Source: Vermamoeba vermiformis (Eukaryota). Taken from it: a stretch of DNA of 64,000 nucleotides. Both the position numbers and the translations under genes were made by a program. Numbering within the stretch: the first letter of the stretch is position 1; the number at the start of each line of letters is the position of its first letter. A model generated the notes under the pieces. The model ran no database searches, was not told the origin of the DNA, and saw only the letters and a list, made by a program, of their open reading frames with translations. Below, piece by piece: positions 40,184 through 53,609 of the stretch. Location of the stretch: the NCBI GenBank assembly GCA_045837725.1, contig JBEWZL010000048.1:124001-188000 (forward strand), written 5' to 3'.

Positions 40184-41235
40184 ATGAACCACTTCCATTT
40201 GTTGTTCGTTACTTTATTTTGTTTGGCAATTGCTGTCTCAGTAATTCCCTCACGAAAGAGTGTTTCAATCACCAACGAGTTTCCCAAGGTGGATATTTAC
40301 TCAAAGAGGTAAGCGTTGGATTAGCAAAAAACGCACGAATAATGCTGTATTTATCTTAATAATTATCGCTTACAGTAATCAGCACTCATATTCTTTTTTA
40401 TCATATATTTATTGTACTAGTAATTATGTTACAAAGATACTTAGATGCGGAGCTGATTTGATCAAAGGCGTTCGAAGCTCTTTTCGCCCTTTATTTTGTT
40501 TATAGAAACATTGAACGTCGAAAATATAATACGGCGAATAAGCACCAATAACGTCTGAAAATATGACACTTTGTTCTGATCGACTTTCTGCCGCAGATCC
40601 GTTCTTGGAGCTGAAGAAGTAAGCCAACACAACAGCGCCTCATCCTCCTCGTCGAGCTCTTCTAGCAGCTCATCAAGCTCGTCTTCGAGCTCCTCTAGCT
40701 CTTCGTCATCATCGAGCTCCAGTTCGAGCAGCTCTTCATCGAGCTCGTCTTCTTCCTCTTCCTCGGGTTCCTCTGCTCGTCGAGCTCATCTTCTAGCTCT
40801 TCGTCTTCATCTTCGTCCAGCTCTTCTAGCAGCTCTTCATCAAGCTCGTCTTCGAGCTCCTCTAGCTCTTCAAGCTCATCATCTTCATCGAGCTCCTCCT
40901 CCAGTTCAAGTTCCTCATCGTCTTCTAGCTCTTCGAGCTCCTCGTCTTCATCGAGTTCGTCATCGAGCTCCTCATCCTCTAGCTCCAGTTCAAGTTCCTC
41001 ATCGTCTTCCAGCTCTTCAAGTTCATCGTCCTCTTCGAGCTCCAGCGGTGAATACTTCAACTAGAAAGTTTGCTCGAACTTTTCCTTCGTTAACTGTACT
41101 TCTAATTACCAATTGACACTGTACTTGTGCTAATAAATTCTGTTTTTAACAGTACTATTGGTTCATTCCAGCGATGACGTCACTGGCAAAAAAAATGATC
41201 CGTTTTCGATAATTCTGTTTATTTTGCTAACTTAA
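40184..41235 (+). CDS. Secreted, probably GPI-anchored poly-serine protein
   Basis: Signal peptide MNHFHLLFVTLFCLAIAVS, intron to 40596, about 135 near-pure Ser codons; an optional intron 41049..41152 yields hydrophobic end PFSIILFILLT*. An alternative unspliced stop lies near 41063. Confidence 0.65.
40640..41047 (+). repeat. Low-complexity poly-Ser coding tract (mixed TCN/AGY codons)
   Basis: Directly visible; the antisense acidic ORF 40695..41060 is its shadow. Confidence 0.9.
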
Positions 41236-41271
41236 CAACAAGTCAACACTTCCTATTAATTTGGAGGCACA

Positions 41272-41826
41272 ATGAACGCTCTTACTACCAGTGCTGCCCG
41301 TGTTGCAGTCCAAAGAACCACTGCACTGCTCCGCAATGTATCCAACAGATTGACCGCGCGATATGGCCACTCTTCAACAGGTAAAATTAGAAAAATATTT
41401 AACGACTCATCGAGACACCATTTTCTTTTTTGCGTTCTTATTTGAAACTGAAAAAATAGCAGATTTCGTAAAATAAATGAAAATGTTGGTTGTGTGTTTT
41501 TCGCTTAAGCAAATATCTCTTTTATGTAATTCATTGACGGAGTGTAGTTTATAAATATTACTAAGATTTGAACTACGTAGTATTTTTATCCCGATCCAGA
41601 GTGAATTATTAGATCTACTTTTCTTACGTTCTTGAACTAATCTAAATTCACAGGTCCTCAAGCTCCCCCGAAGCCCACCGACCCTCTTAATACTAAGGAC
41701 ACCAAGGGCTACGTTGGTCAACCTTCTCACGTACAAAACGGATATAAAAGCAATTTGGATCGACTGATGCACAACCCTAATTGCCACAGATATCAAAATC
41801 CCGAAAAATACAAGCTAAAGAAGTAA
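41272..41826 (+). CDS. Small (about 93 aa) protein with mitochondrial-type presequence, unknown function
   Basis: MNALTTSAARVAVQRTTALLRNVSNRLTARYGHSST, intron 41381..41653, GPQAPPKPTDPL...YKLKK*. Confidence 0.65.
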
Positions 41827-43105
41827 GATATATAACACTCTTTCATCCCCTTTTATTTCGAATAATGTTTATGCTTGTTACATTCAGCTTTCCCGAATTT
41901 GCTCGAACATAGTAGAAGATTTGTTTCATTAATAATCCATATCAATAAAAAGAAGATTTTGCTTGAAAGAAACACGTCGCGTATCCGGAGAAGGTCAATA
42001 TCAATAGCATAACCAAAATAAGAAAGTAGATGCGCAAAAATAACTATGAAACGAGACTCTCAGCTGACCTCTTGTGCACAATTTATGGAACCAGTGTTAT
42101 TTATGACTTGTTTTAGTTGTGCAACGCGACTGAAAAATCATTGCAACCGAAAAACGATCGAGATCCCCAAATATTTGCTGCGACAAAAAAGGTCACCTGG
42201 GCCCGTTCTGAGTATAAATTCTTGTTGTTCTTACTTTTATTTCATTACATAATTCAATAGAACGACACACGTCTTAACTAAAAGCACTGAAATGGAATTA
42301 GTTTGCGGATCAGAAGCAGATCAAGCGCTGATGGAAATTGAAGATACAAAGCGAACTACTGAAGCTCCTTTTCAAGTAGTGATTCGACCTAATGTATTTG
42401 TTAATGTACAGCCATGTGCCTGCTCGTAATTGCAAGGTATTATTGCGATCGGAATTCAAATAATTGAAATTCGTTATTTATGAAATTCGATAGGATAATT
42501 AATGTCAAAATATCAATTAACGTTAATAACGCGTACTCTAATCTATTTCTGATCCATATTATCACGCAGGCACGCTGGCGAGACTTGTAAATACCCGACG
42601 CTTGATTATTTATTTGTATTACAACCTCCAACTTATTTATTAACCTTATTTATTTGTCAAATATTACTGTATAACGTGTAATAAATAGCTTATTTATATC
42701 AAAGCTGATATTTGTGGGAGATCGATTTATGAAGCGGATTCTCTTTTGATTTGGCAAAGGTCACCAGACTCCAATTGTCGGCTGTGTGTCCTAGATTTGA
42801 TCTTAAGACTGCCGATGATTTACACAAAGCAAATTCTTTGGAGTTTAACAGAGATTTCATATTTAAGCGACAGATCCACATCTGGTATCTCGATACCAAA
42901 AGAACATCTAGACTTCCAACTAAGAAAAGTGGTATTAACATTGTTACTCTAGTCTGATCGATAAGAGATTCTTATTTTAAGCAAAGCTAATAAATGGATG
43001 TGCCTGCCGATAAGTGCTCCACCTCGAAATTCATGTGTATTCTTGTGAAATTACATGTGACGAGGCGCGATCGAGTATTTTATTGGCAATTCGACTTTTT
43101 AATAG

Positions 43106-44782
43106 TCATTTGCCTTTAAAACAGTTTATTCAATCGTTCCATGACGAGTTCTTTGATGTACTTCATGTCTTCTTCTTCTCGGCTTGGCAACAGACCACTT
43201 GCCGTGTCATTAATTTCGAGAATGTACTCTGCCAACAAAATTTATAATTGCCGACCCTTTTAATAGTTAAATACCTTACCTTTACCGTCCTTTGTGTGGA
43301 CCGCATCTACAGTCAAAATGTCCATGCCTGACCACCGCGAGTTAGTTTTATATTGTAGAAGGATAAATATCGCAAGTAATTTACCTGGAAATGCTGCAGC
43401 TACTTCGTCAGCCCACAGCTGATAGCGTGGAGTGCACTCAATTTCTTCGATCTGACTCGTGCCAACGTTACCTGAGATTGAAGCATTAATATCATAATAC
43501 ACTATAGCGATGTACCATTACCTTTCCAATTCGCTGATGTCCTCTTATAAGCTCTGTAATGATTACCAATCTTTTGAATTCTCAAGTCGTAGATCTTGTC
43601 CGCGATAAATGGCTCAGCTGTGATGTAATCTTTATACATAGCCATTACTCTTAAATTATATGTTAGAAAGGTCTTATATGTACTATTGATTTCCTTACCC
43701 TCTGAAATCAGGGATCATTTCATTCGTGTCAAACTTCATCTTGCCATAACCTGCCTCAGCACTGCCAATCTAATGAAAATTACCCAGTATATCATAAATA
43801 TAATCGCGGTATTTAGATGGGTACCTTGACGACAATAGGAGGTTCAGGAGTGAATAGCATGGCTGTTCAAGTTAGCGATGGAGGACTGGATCTCGCTCTT
43901 TATGACTTACCATTGTGATGCGAGTAATACGTCATGGGAATGAGTTGAAATTTGTCTTTGCCGACCTTCTTTTCGATTTGTTTCAGTTTGTTGTACACGA
44001 CTGGTTTCTAAATTACAGTTAAATTAGCGCTGTCAAATATACTCTCGCTCATGCTATTCTGCTGTACCTCTAACGACAAGAGAATAGACTCGAATGAGTT
44101 CACAGACTGCAATCCAGTGAACATCAGGCCGTACATTGTGTTCGTGTAGTCCTCGTCTCTGCAGAGGTGTCAGTGTTCAATGTTCCACGACCTTATTTGA
44201 ACTTACTTGGTCAGTCCGCGCACTAATTTGCGCACCAACACGAAGTTCGGCATGAATTGACGTGTTTTGTCTTCTTGTGTACCAGGAAGGGGTTTCTGTA
44301 TTCAGCGAAATGGTTATTCAATAACTTTGCGATCACGAAACAATTGAGTATAGCATTAATTGGTATTATTTAATATTATTAACAATGAGCCGATATTATT
44401 GAATCAACCGTTCACCTGTCGTTGAGTGAAGTGGACCAGATTGAGTAAAGGCCCGAATAAATAATAATAAGAAATTACTGATAAATGAGCCACGTACCGT
44501 ATTAGCTTTAATAGTGACGTAACAATCGCCTCTCGACTCCGCCATGACCACCATATTTTCCCAGCGTGTCTTATCAACAACGATTTTCTTGCCAGAAGCC
44601 GTGCGTTCGTTTTCAAACACTTTATACCAATTCTTTTCATCGGAGTCTATTACTAGCAGATTTACTTGGCCTGTGGCTGGCGGTTCATTTTCAACTTTTG
44701 GTTTTTCAGATTTGCTTTCTTTTTGTTTCTTTTCCTTCTTTTCCTTCTTTTCCTTGTCTTTCTTCTTATCTTTGTTTTCCAT
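43106..44782 (-). CDS. Synapsin-like ATP-grasp protein
   Basis: [93 protein letters not shown] match the synapsin C-domain layout. Confidence 0.82.
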
Positions 44783-44921
44783 GTTGCTCGATTATTATTA
44801 TTATTAGTTGTGTATGATTTTGGTTGGAACTAAAAATGGCGAAGATTTTCATTCAACTATTTAATCGCCCAACGTTGCAACAGCGCGCAAGATTATAGTT
44901 CAATATAATTACTAGTTCCGC

Positions 44922-47900
44922 GATGAGCAATACTGGAACGTTGCGTAAGAGTAAGATAGCACCAAATGGACCTTCAAAACTAATCTGATCAATAGGTAAT
45001 TCGAAGGCGAGTTTAAACACCGGTACTATACGCCGTAAAACTACGGTAGTTTATAGGAATAAACGAGAGTCTCGCGATATGACACCATCGCCTATAGTGC
45101 GAGATTCTCTTGCAGCAGATGGAGAAAATACAGCAGGAGGTGAACCTGGCAGCGCTAGACGAGAAAATCTAAATACAGGAACATTAAGATCATTATCAAG
45201 ACATAAGAATTTGATGTATTCAGCGAGAGAAGCCGAAATGCTGGAAGATATATTCAAAACTTTAGCTATTCATCAGCCCTCGTAAGTGAAATGATATTAA
45301 TTATCCATTCATGATATTACTGCGGGCTATATTAGTATTTTTAATTGCTGATCTGCCATTAAATTTTAACCTTTCATCTGGAGGGTATTTTGTGTATTAC
45401 AAAAATTACGGAATTTAATTATTTCAATCTATATTTTGATTAGATGTGCCTTTATTAGTCATAAATTTATAACAAAATCCTTAAAATTGCGTTGTACTCC
45501 TTAGACCCCATGGGACCTAAAGTCCGGCTTTAATTAATCGTTAATTATTTAAATAGAAGCAATTTATTGCTAGTAAGTATGCATATTAATAATACTATAC
45601 GACAGGGTGTTTAAAGAGTTATTTGCTTCAACGGGCAAAACGGATCACGACGATTTGGCTGAATCAATAGTAGCACTATCTTATGGCAATAATTCATTTT
45701 TTCCACTCATGAAATATATGATACACGATGAATTTGAAACCAATCAGCAACAAATGGGCCAGATCTTGCGCGAGAATTCCAACGTCTCTAAATTGGTGAA
45801 AGCATATTTAAGTACGAATTAATCAACAAAATATTATATGACGCTATACTAACGATAATATATTAGATCGCGTTGGTCGCGATTATTTAATTGAATTGTT
45901 GGGCAAAAATATCCAACAAGTAGTTTTCGAGCGCAAAGTGTCTTATGAAGTTGATCCTGCGTAAGTATCGAGCATTATATTAACTATGCAGTGCTTTATA
46001 ATACGCCATACTAAATATTACAGAAGAACAAATCACATTATAGTTTTATTTAATGTCAAAGTCTATTCAAGTGTGATTCTATTTTTTTTAATATTTTTTC
46101 AAATGACAGTAAATTGGACAAAGAAAATGACAACGTGGAAGAGAATAGAGACAACTTGGAGAAAAAAGTTGAATCAATATTGAAATTAATTATGTCCAAA
46201 GAATCACTCGATAAGATGCCTCCAGGCATTCGAATTCTCGCGCAATATGTCGCTGAATGCACCAAAACAATTTTCAAAGACGAGAAGTTAGTGAGCACAT
46301 TCATCGGCAGCTTTATCATATTGAGATTCATGAACCCGGCTATATTCACGCCGGAACAAGTGCCTGGTCTGTTGCCCAAGGGCCGCGCACCGACACCACA
46401 AACACGAAGAAATTTAACGCTGATTAGCAAGATCATTCAGGTGCGTATCAAATGTGATGTAGAAATAAGTATCTTGTGATTGATTTTTTAATTTTTGACG
46501 TGCCACAGAACTTGGCCAATCACAAAGAGTTCAAAGAGCAGTTCATGAAGCCACTCAACGCCTTTGTAGAAAAGCACCAAAAGAGCATTGACAAGTACTT
46601 TGCGGACATTGTCAACTTCTCGGTGAATACACAAACAGTGCACAATGTTGAAGTGAACGAGCTGAGTGTGTATGACTTGCACATGTTCCATTCGCTGCTG
46701 TTCCAGAACAAGGACGTCATTTTGAGCAAGTTAAAAGACACTGGTACGTAGCTTCAAATTAAGCTACAAAAAGATCTTGCTGATATTTGTGTCATACAGA
46801 ACAATTGGCCGATATTGTCAAGTTGATGGACAGATTGGGTTCATACGAGAAGAAAGTCTCTTTTGCATTCTTGGACGAGAACCATCAAAGTAAGTTCCAA
46901 GCCACTAATATTGCCACACGGATCCTAACTTTGTTTTAGAATTCGTCAAACAAATGCTCGCGACACGTGGTGAAGAGGCCTCGTTCATCGGCTACATTGA
47001 CGAAAAGAAAAAGAAAGATAAGAAATTGAAGATATCGAAGCAAGTGCTCGTGGTAGGAATGCACAGAATTTACACGATGAGCTTGAAGGGCAAGGTAATG
47101 CCACGAACATAGATAGCTAGACGAGTGGGTTGTTATTAACAGCACTTTGTAGCTTGGCAAAGAAGCGCATCAATTGGATCTCGTTGAAATTAAGAGTCCC
47201 GAGCCTGGTCAAGTACGATATTAACAGCGTTGTAATATACAGTACTAATTGATGTTTTTTGCTATAGTTTACACTGGTGTTCAAAACGCTTGAAATTGAC
47301 GCGAACAGCGAGCAAACAGACGAAGTCATTGAAAGTGTGCGTCGTGCATTCGAGTACAATTTCTTTGGCATGCCGCAAGAGCTCAAGTTCAAGGTCAATT
47401 TGTTGCCTGCTTCACGTTTGCAAGAAGTCTCGGGCAATGCAATGCGTACGTTGAACTGCTGTGCCTTAATTCCTGACTAATGCCGTGTTGCAGAGAATGA
47501 ATCATGTGGTGGTCTATTGAGCACATACAACTCGTTGTGCGATTACTACGCAGTGCTGCCGAACGAACAAGTCAAGTGGGACCTTGAGAACTTGTATCAA
47601 AACAACCGCACGTTCAACTTGAAGAAGTTCACCGCTGAATATGAGGTGCCGTTAACTGACAAGGACACGATGCCGCTGTTCCACGCACTTGCGTACAACA
47701 TGCACTTTACTACAGTGGTCGTCAAACACTTCAAGTTTGAAAAGGCACCATGGAGTGGTACGTGCAGCACGAGTGTTGGACGTGCATTGCTAACAATCTT
47801 TTTGCAGCTGTTGCTACGATGATGCGATACAGCAAGTCAATCCAAGAGCTGACACTGATTGACGTCAATGCCTCGAGCTTCATTCCGCTCTTCGAGGCCA

Positions 47901-49360
47901 TGGCTGCCAATGACAACTTGCCGCTCACTTCGCTCAATGTATCGCGCTGTCCTATTGACGAAAAGGCGATGCAGAGTCTCACCATGTTTGTGCGCAAGAG
48001 CAAACAACCCTTCGTTAAAGTTAACGTCGCTGAGACCACTGGTGACAAGATTGGCAAGGCTGGAGGTCTTCAGGTACGCCACGAGCACCTCTAATGTAGT
48101 ACGAGAACTAACGCTGCGAACGTTAGCCCTTGCTCGAAGCCCTTGAGACTAAGAAAGCAAGTCTGTTAGAGCTCAATGTCTCGGGCAACAAGTTGACAGG
48201 CTTAGAGTCCTCTGTTGCTAAGTAAGTCTCAAGCTCACACCGTAGGGAGCCCTTTTACTAATAACGATTACAGGTTGCTCACGGAAACAAAAGAGCTTCA
48301 GATCCTCGAGCTCGCTGACACACAGCTGACACTCAACAGAATCCCGTTCGATTTCTGCATTAACTTGCGACGACTCAACTTGAGTGCCAACAAATTTGTC
48401 AAGCCCGACATGTGGACTACATTGACCAAGTTCCTTGCGTCAAACACGAACTTTTTGGAGTACTTGAATATCAATCGTACTAATGTTCCTGTTGAAGTTC
48501 TCAAGTCAATTTTGAGCAGTGTCAATCCTGACACTAACTTGGCTGTGTACGCCTCCGAGAACAACTTGTAAGTCCAGATCTGTTCTACGGTAAGACGTAA
48601 TATTAATACTTGACTGTTAGGGGTCTTCCTGGTGCACAAATGATTGGTTCAATTGGTCCTCAAATCACTAACGTCTATCACCTGGATTTGTCCGAGAACG
48701 GTTTCGGTGACGAAGGCATCACAGCAATTGCTGAAGGATTTTTCCACAATCAATCAGTATCGTACCTCAACCTCGATCGCAACTGGTCTCGTGAACCTCG
48801 CACTAAGCCACGTGCCAGTGCTATCAACAGTCTCATTCAGCTGATCGGATCCAATCACATTCCGCTTGAAGGTATGGTCTTTCACGCCCTCGCTCATTAG
48901 TTACAATCCATTAACATTCGTTGTAGCTTTGCATATTGCCGGTGGCAGCAACTCTCGATTGAAGGACGCTATTGTGCCTTTCATTTACGCACTGGGCACG
49001 AACACTAAGCTCACCGAACTTGATATCTCGGGTCACTACATGGGCAACAAGGGCGTGTCTAGCTTGGCGAAGATTTTAGAGACTAATCATGCCTTGACTA
49101 CTCTCTATTGGGACGATAATGTGACTGGATTGATTGGCTTCTTATGGTAAGTAGCAGATCTGATTGAGCACCGAGCCATGGCTAATATTGTGTGTAGTAT
49201 TAAGGACAGCATCGTCATTAATCAAACAATTAAGAACATGCCACTGCCATTCAATGACATTGTCAAGCTGATGAATGAGCTGCAAGACGCGAACAAAATT
49301 ACGTTAACAACTTTGCTGAGCAAGATCGAGGGCCACTTGCTGAAGAATCAATTGGCTTAA
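44922..49360 (+). CDS. RasGAP + CARMIL-like PH/LRR protein
   Basis: ILRENSNVSK, YEVDP, FIILRFMNPAI, RRNLTLISKIIQNLAN (RasGAP); CGG..TYNSLCDYY, ALAYNMHF, RI-type LRRs, LDISGHYMGNKG, LYWDDN, MPLPFND (CARMIL-like). Confidence 0.8.
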
Positions 49361-49494
49361 CGTAGTTCTACTGTCTTCACATTATTTAAACTGTACAATA
49401 AATTATTTATAATACTTAGTGCTGCCCACGTGCCAGGGTGTCATTTTTTCCGCTTTCTGAAAGCTCACGGTTCAGTTCATTTTGTATCAATGTG

Positions 49495-51471
49495 ATGAGC
49501 AGCAAGAAGGTTGTGAACGATAAAAAGAAGGATAAAGCGAGCATTGATGCTTCGCCAAGTCCTACGCCGCAGATTGGAGACTTCTTTAGTCACGGAGGAC
49601 TGGCCGTCAATGCCATTTTATTTTTAATATTTTTCAATATTTTAATTCGCTTCTCAGTTGGATTAGAAGGCTATTCAGGTTCGTAATCAAGCGTATTGTG
49701 CAACGCAAAAATTAATTATTTTTTTATAGGCTATAAAAAGCCTCCAATGCACGGAGACTACGAGGCACAGCGTCATTGGATGGAAGTAAGATGATATAAA
49801 ATATTTAAATAATTATTAAAGCTAATTGCATGAAATTTATCAGATTACCACCAATTTGCCAGCCGAGGAGTGGTACGTCAATTCAGAAGACAACGATTTG
49901 CTCTATTGGGGCCTAGACTACCCTCCACTGACTGCCTATCATCATTACGTATTGGGTCTGATGTAAGTGTCTTTCGTCTGTGTTGACGTGACTGACATTC
50001 TCGCGTTGCAGATCCCGTTACTTTGAACCAGCGAGTGTTCAATTGCACACCTCACGAGGCTACGAAACCCCGTCGCACAAACTGTTTATGCGCACTTCCG
50101 TAGTGGTGACAGACGTGTTGATTTATTTCACGGCAGTGTATTTGTTTGTCTATCATTCGTACTGCAAAAACGAAATATTACGACGCAAGGTACGCTGTGC
50201 AGCATATATAACTATAATCTGTATAATCGCGCTAACGTATTGGTGCAGTTTGAGATCTTCGCCTTCATTTTGATCCAACCAGCATTGATTTTGATCGATC
50301 ACGGTCACTTTCAGTAAGTCCCAATGTCAATGCAACCACGCGCATTAACACAGCTTAGATTCAATTCCATCTGTTTGGGCTTCACTGTGCTCGCCATTCA
50401 CAACATACTGTGCGACAGAGAACTCATGGGCAGTTTCTTCTTTGTGCTCGCACTCAACTACAAGCAGATGAGTCTCTATTATGCCCCTGTATTCTTCTTT
50501 TATCTCTTCGGCAAGTCAATCGCACAGGCACGTCACAACAACACGTGGTGGATTGCCAAGGTGCTGGCGATAGGCATTGTTGTGCTCGCGTCATTCGCGC
50601 TCTGTTGGCAGCCATTCTTGCGCGACAAAGACATTGCATTGCAGGTACTGTCGCGCATGTTCCCTGTGGGCCGTGGGCTGTTTGAAGACAAAGTAGCCAA
50701 TTTCTGGTGCACGATTTCACCCTTTGTCAAGCTTAAGATGATGTTCAGTCCCGATGTCTTGCTCAAGATGTGGTACGTTTAGCGCTTATTGTTAACAATG
50801 CATTAAGGCCTTGCTTCATAGCACACTGGCCACACTGGTAGCCATGACACCCTCGTGCATCATTGCGTTCTTACGTCCCGATGGACTCAACTTCTTGTCG
50901 TCGCTGTTCAACACGTCAATGGCATTTTTCTTGTTCTCATATCAAGCGCACGAAAAGTCCATTTTGTTGCCTCTGCTACCCATCACATTATTGAATGCAG
51001 AATACGGCTATTTGTCAGTGTGGCTCATCACTACCGCATCGTTCAGCATGGTGCCTTTGCTCATGAAAGATGGACTCGTGCTCGCATACACGGTGCTGCA
51101 GATCGGCTCTATTTTGTTCTACCTGAAGTATTCTGTCATTAGGAAGTCTGTGCTGTTCTACGTAAGTACCAGAAATCAATTGATTGGGAAATAAGCTGAC
51201 ACTTAAATAGTTGCACTTGCTCGCTATGACCGCCATCCACATTGTGCACGCTACTGTCACACCACCTGAACGTTATCCCGATATCATCACATTGGCCATC
51301 ACATCCTATTCGTTCATGATCTTCTTCTTGTCATTCTTGCTCGTCAACTTCAGACAATGGCAAAGATATTTTGGAAAGCAGAGACGTGCTTTAGTTGCAG
51401 ATGACACGAAGAAAACAGAGCGCAAAACACCGACGAAAGAGAAGCACGTCAAGATTGTAAAACACGAATAA
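49495..51471 (+). CDS. ALG6: Dolichyl-P-Glc alpha-1,3-glucosyltransferase
   Basis: [82 protein letters not shown]. Confidence 0.95.
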
Positions 51472-51527
51472 AAAGCTGTGAATATTTGGCACGGTTTTAT
51501 CTACATGAATGTTGGAGCTGAATGAAG

Positions 51528-53310
51528 TTACTTTTGACTGCTTTCAGCTGCTTGTCGTCGTTGTTTAAATGCAGTAAGTTTGGCCTCGCATTTGTGCACT
51601 GGCGGACTCTTTTCACCGAACCGTTTCTTGTTGACTTTCAGTGACTGGTTCCACATGTCTTCAGCTTGTTTGAACTTGCCTTGCACCTCGTAAATATCTG
51701 CGAACAGTTCTAACGCATAGGCTATTTCAACTTCCTCGCCGTACTCATCGCGCATGAAGTCTAATAGCTCTTGACACCTCTTTTCAGCGTCAATAATTGA
51801 GGGTGGATTGGCTGATAGATCACCATTCTTGTTGAGTTCTTTCCACTACGACACGAATTAGTTATAATGGCCTTAAAAATAACTGATCGCAGTCCAACTT
51901 ACCCTCCTGTAATGGCTCTTGTACAGGGCAATCAAATTGAAGTACGTGTATTTCATGTCTTCGGTGTACTCGTCACAGCTGCGATAGATTTCAATGGCCT
52001 TTTTGAACCCATCCTCTGCATCTTTGAATTTTTTCTGTAAAGCGTTAATGACATTATGCTTATGAGTGCAGATCTATTATACAACATACCTCTTGGAAGT
52101 ACAACAGCGATTGATTGTTGGTCATCTTCGCGAGTTCTTTCTTGACTTGATTGTATCGATTTTCAATGTCTGCTTCAACGGCCTCTTCTTCAGGGGTCAG
52201 TGGCGTGGCTGTGAAAAATGTCAACAAATGTTTCACAGTTCAAATATCTCAGACACACGTACCAATAGCCTCATCATCGCCCGTCATATTCATGCGCTTG
52301 CTCTTCACTTCGAATAAGGTGCGTTCAAAGTCAGAAATCAGATCTTCCATGATCACAACGGCCTGGGCATAGTTGTCAATGGCCTCTTTGATTTCTGAAC
52401 GCGCTTTGAACAGCTCGGCCAAGTGACCGTAGGCTGTGATAAGATTGGTCAGTAGATTTCCTTTTTAGGAAATACCACGTGATTGCGCGTACCTGTCGCA
52501 ATGCTCATGTGTTTACGACCTAGTGAATTAATGCGAATATTTAGTGCTTCAGTCAGTGCTTCTTCTGCATCGCCCAATCTGACAGCCATTAGCACACTAT
52601 ATCTTATACTAATAGCATCATATTCAACTGCACTTACTGTCTCTTGGCCATGTGCACGAGTCCAATGTTGATGAGAATAGTCGCGACCTCTTTGTGACCA
52701 GGGCCCAATTGTGCTTCAATCATCTCTCGTGCTTCAATGAAACTCTTCAATGCCAAGTCATGCATGCCTAGCCACGATATTAATACGGCATAATTGGGTT
52801 AGAAATAACAGATCTGAGTACCATTTGAAAAATATAATTGACCATGCGTATTCAAGTTGATAGCCTCAGCCAACAACTTCTTTAATTTCATTTGTTCTTC
52901 GATCTCTTTCTCTTCATTCACAAGCACGTCATCGTCAATAAAATCATCGTAATCTTCTTCTCTAAAATTAACTTTCTCTTCTTGATCTTCTTTTTGAGCT
53001 GTATTTCTGACAGTTTTCGAAAAAATAGACAATGGGCGATACTAAAACAAATTAGTTTATTGATAAAAAGGCGGCAACATTTGCAATCTGTAGCAAAATA
53101 TTGAAAAATGCGAAAAAAATTCTAAAATTATACCTGAGTGCTGAAAGGCATATTATTCCTCATAAAATTGCTCTTTTTAGTGGTATTGTTGCTCCACAAA
53201 TTCGTAGAGACGGTTCTGGTTTGCTGACCCACATCCAACACTATTTTTGAAACGTAAGAGCGCGATCTGCGGGCAACAGTCCGTGAAGAATTAAATATGC
53301 AAGACAGCAT
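51528..53310 (-). CDS. TPR-repeat protein (kinesin-light-chain-like TPRs), likely mitochondrial
   Basis: Arg/Ser-rich presequence, LGPGHKEVATILINIG, IYEVQGKFKQAE repeats; multi-exon. Confidence 0.72.
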
Positions 53311-53609
53311 TGTTGTATTCGATGCAGTTTGAGAGGTTAAAATGAAGGGACGACCTCAGGTTAAGATAATTTTCAAAACTTTCCATTAAATTTCGAAAAA
53401 ATGCCACCGTGCTGTTTAATAACCGATACTCGCTTCTAATTCATTACAAATACTTTTATTACGTATAAGGGCGTATGAAACGCATATCACAAGGGAAAAT
53501 GAACACGAAAATGCAAAGTGTCAAATCTGTCACGCAAACATTAACGAAACGATATCAAATTCCAAATTGAATAAGTGCACGTTAAATATAAGAGCAGTCA
53601 AGTCATGCT

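Noticed and set aside
40695-41060. Highly acidic 121-aa ORF on the minus strand
   Set aside because: Antisense shadow of the poly-Ser tract; the + strand has the signal peptide and splice sites.
41830-43100. About 1.3 kb with short ORFs and intron-like AT-rich stretches
   Set aside because: I could not assemble a consistent spliced reading frame or recognise an RNA; left unannotated.
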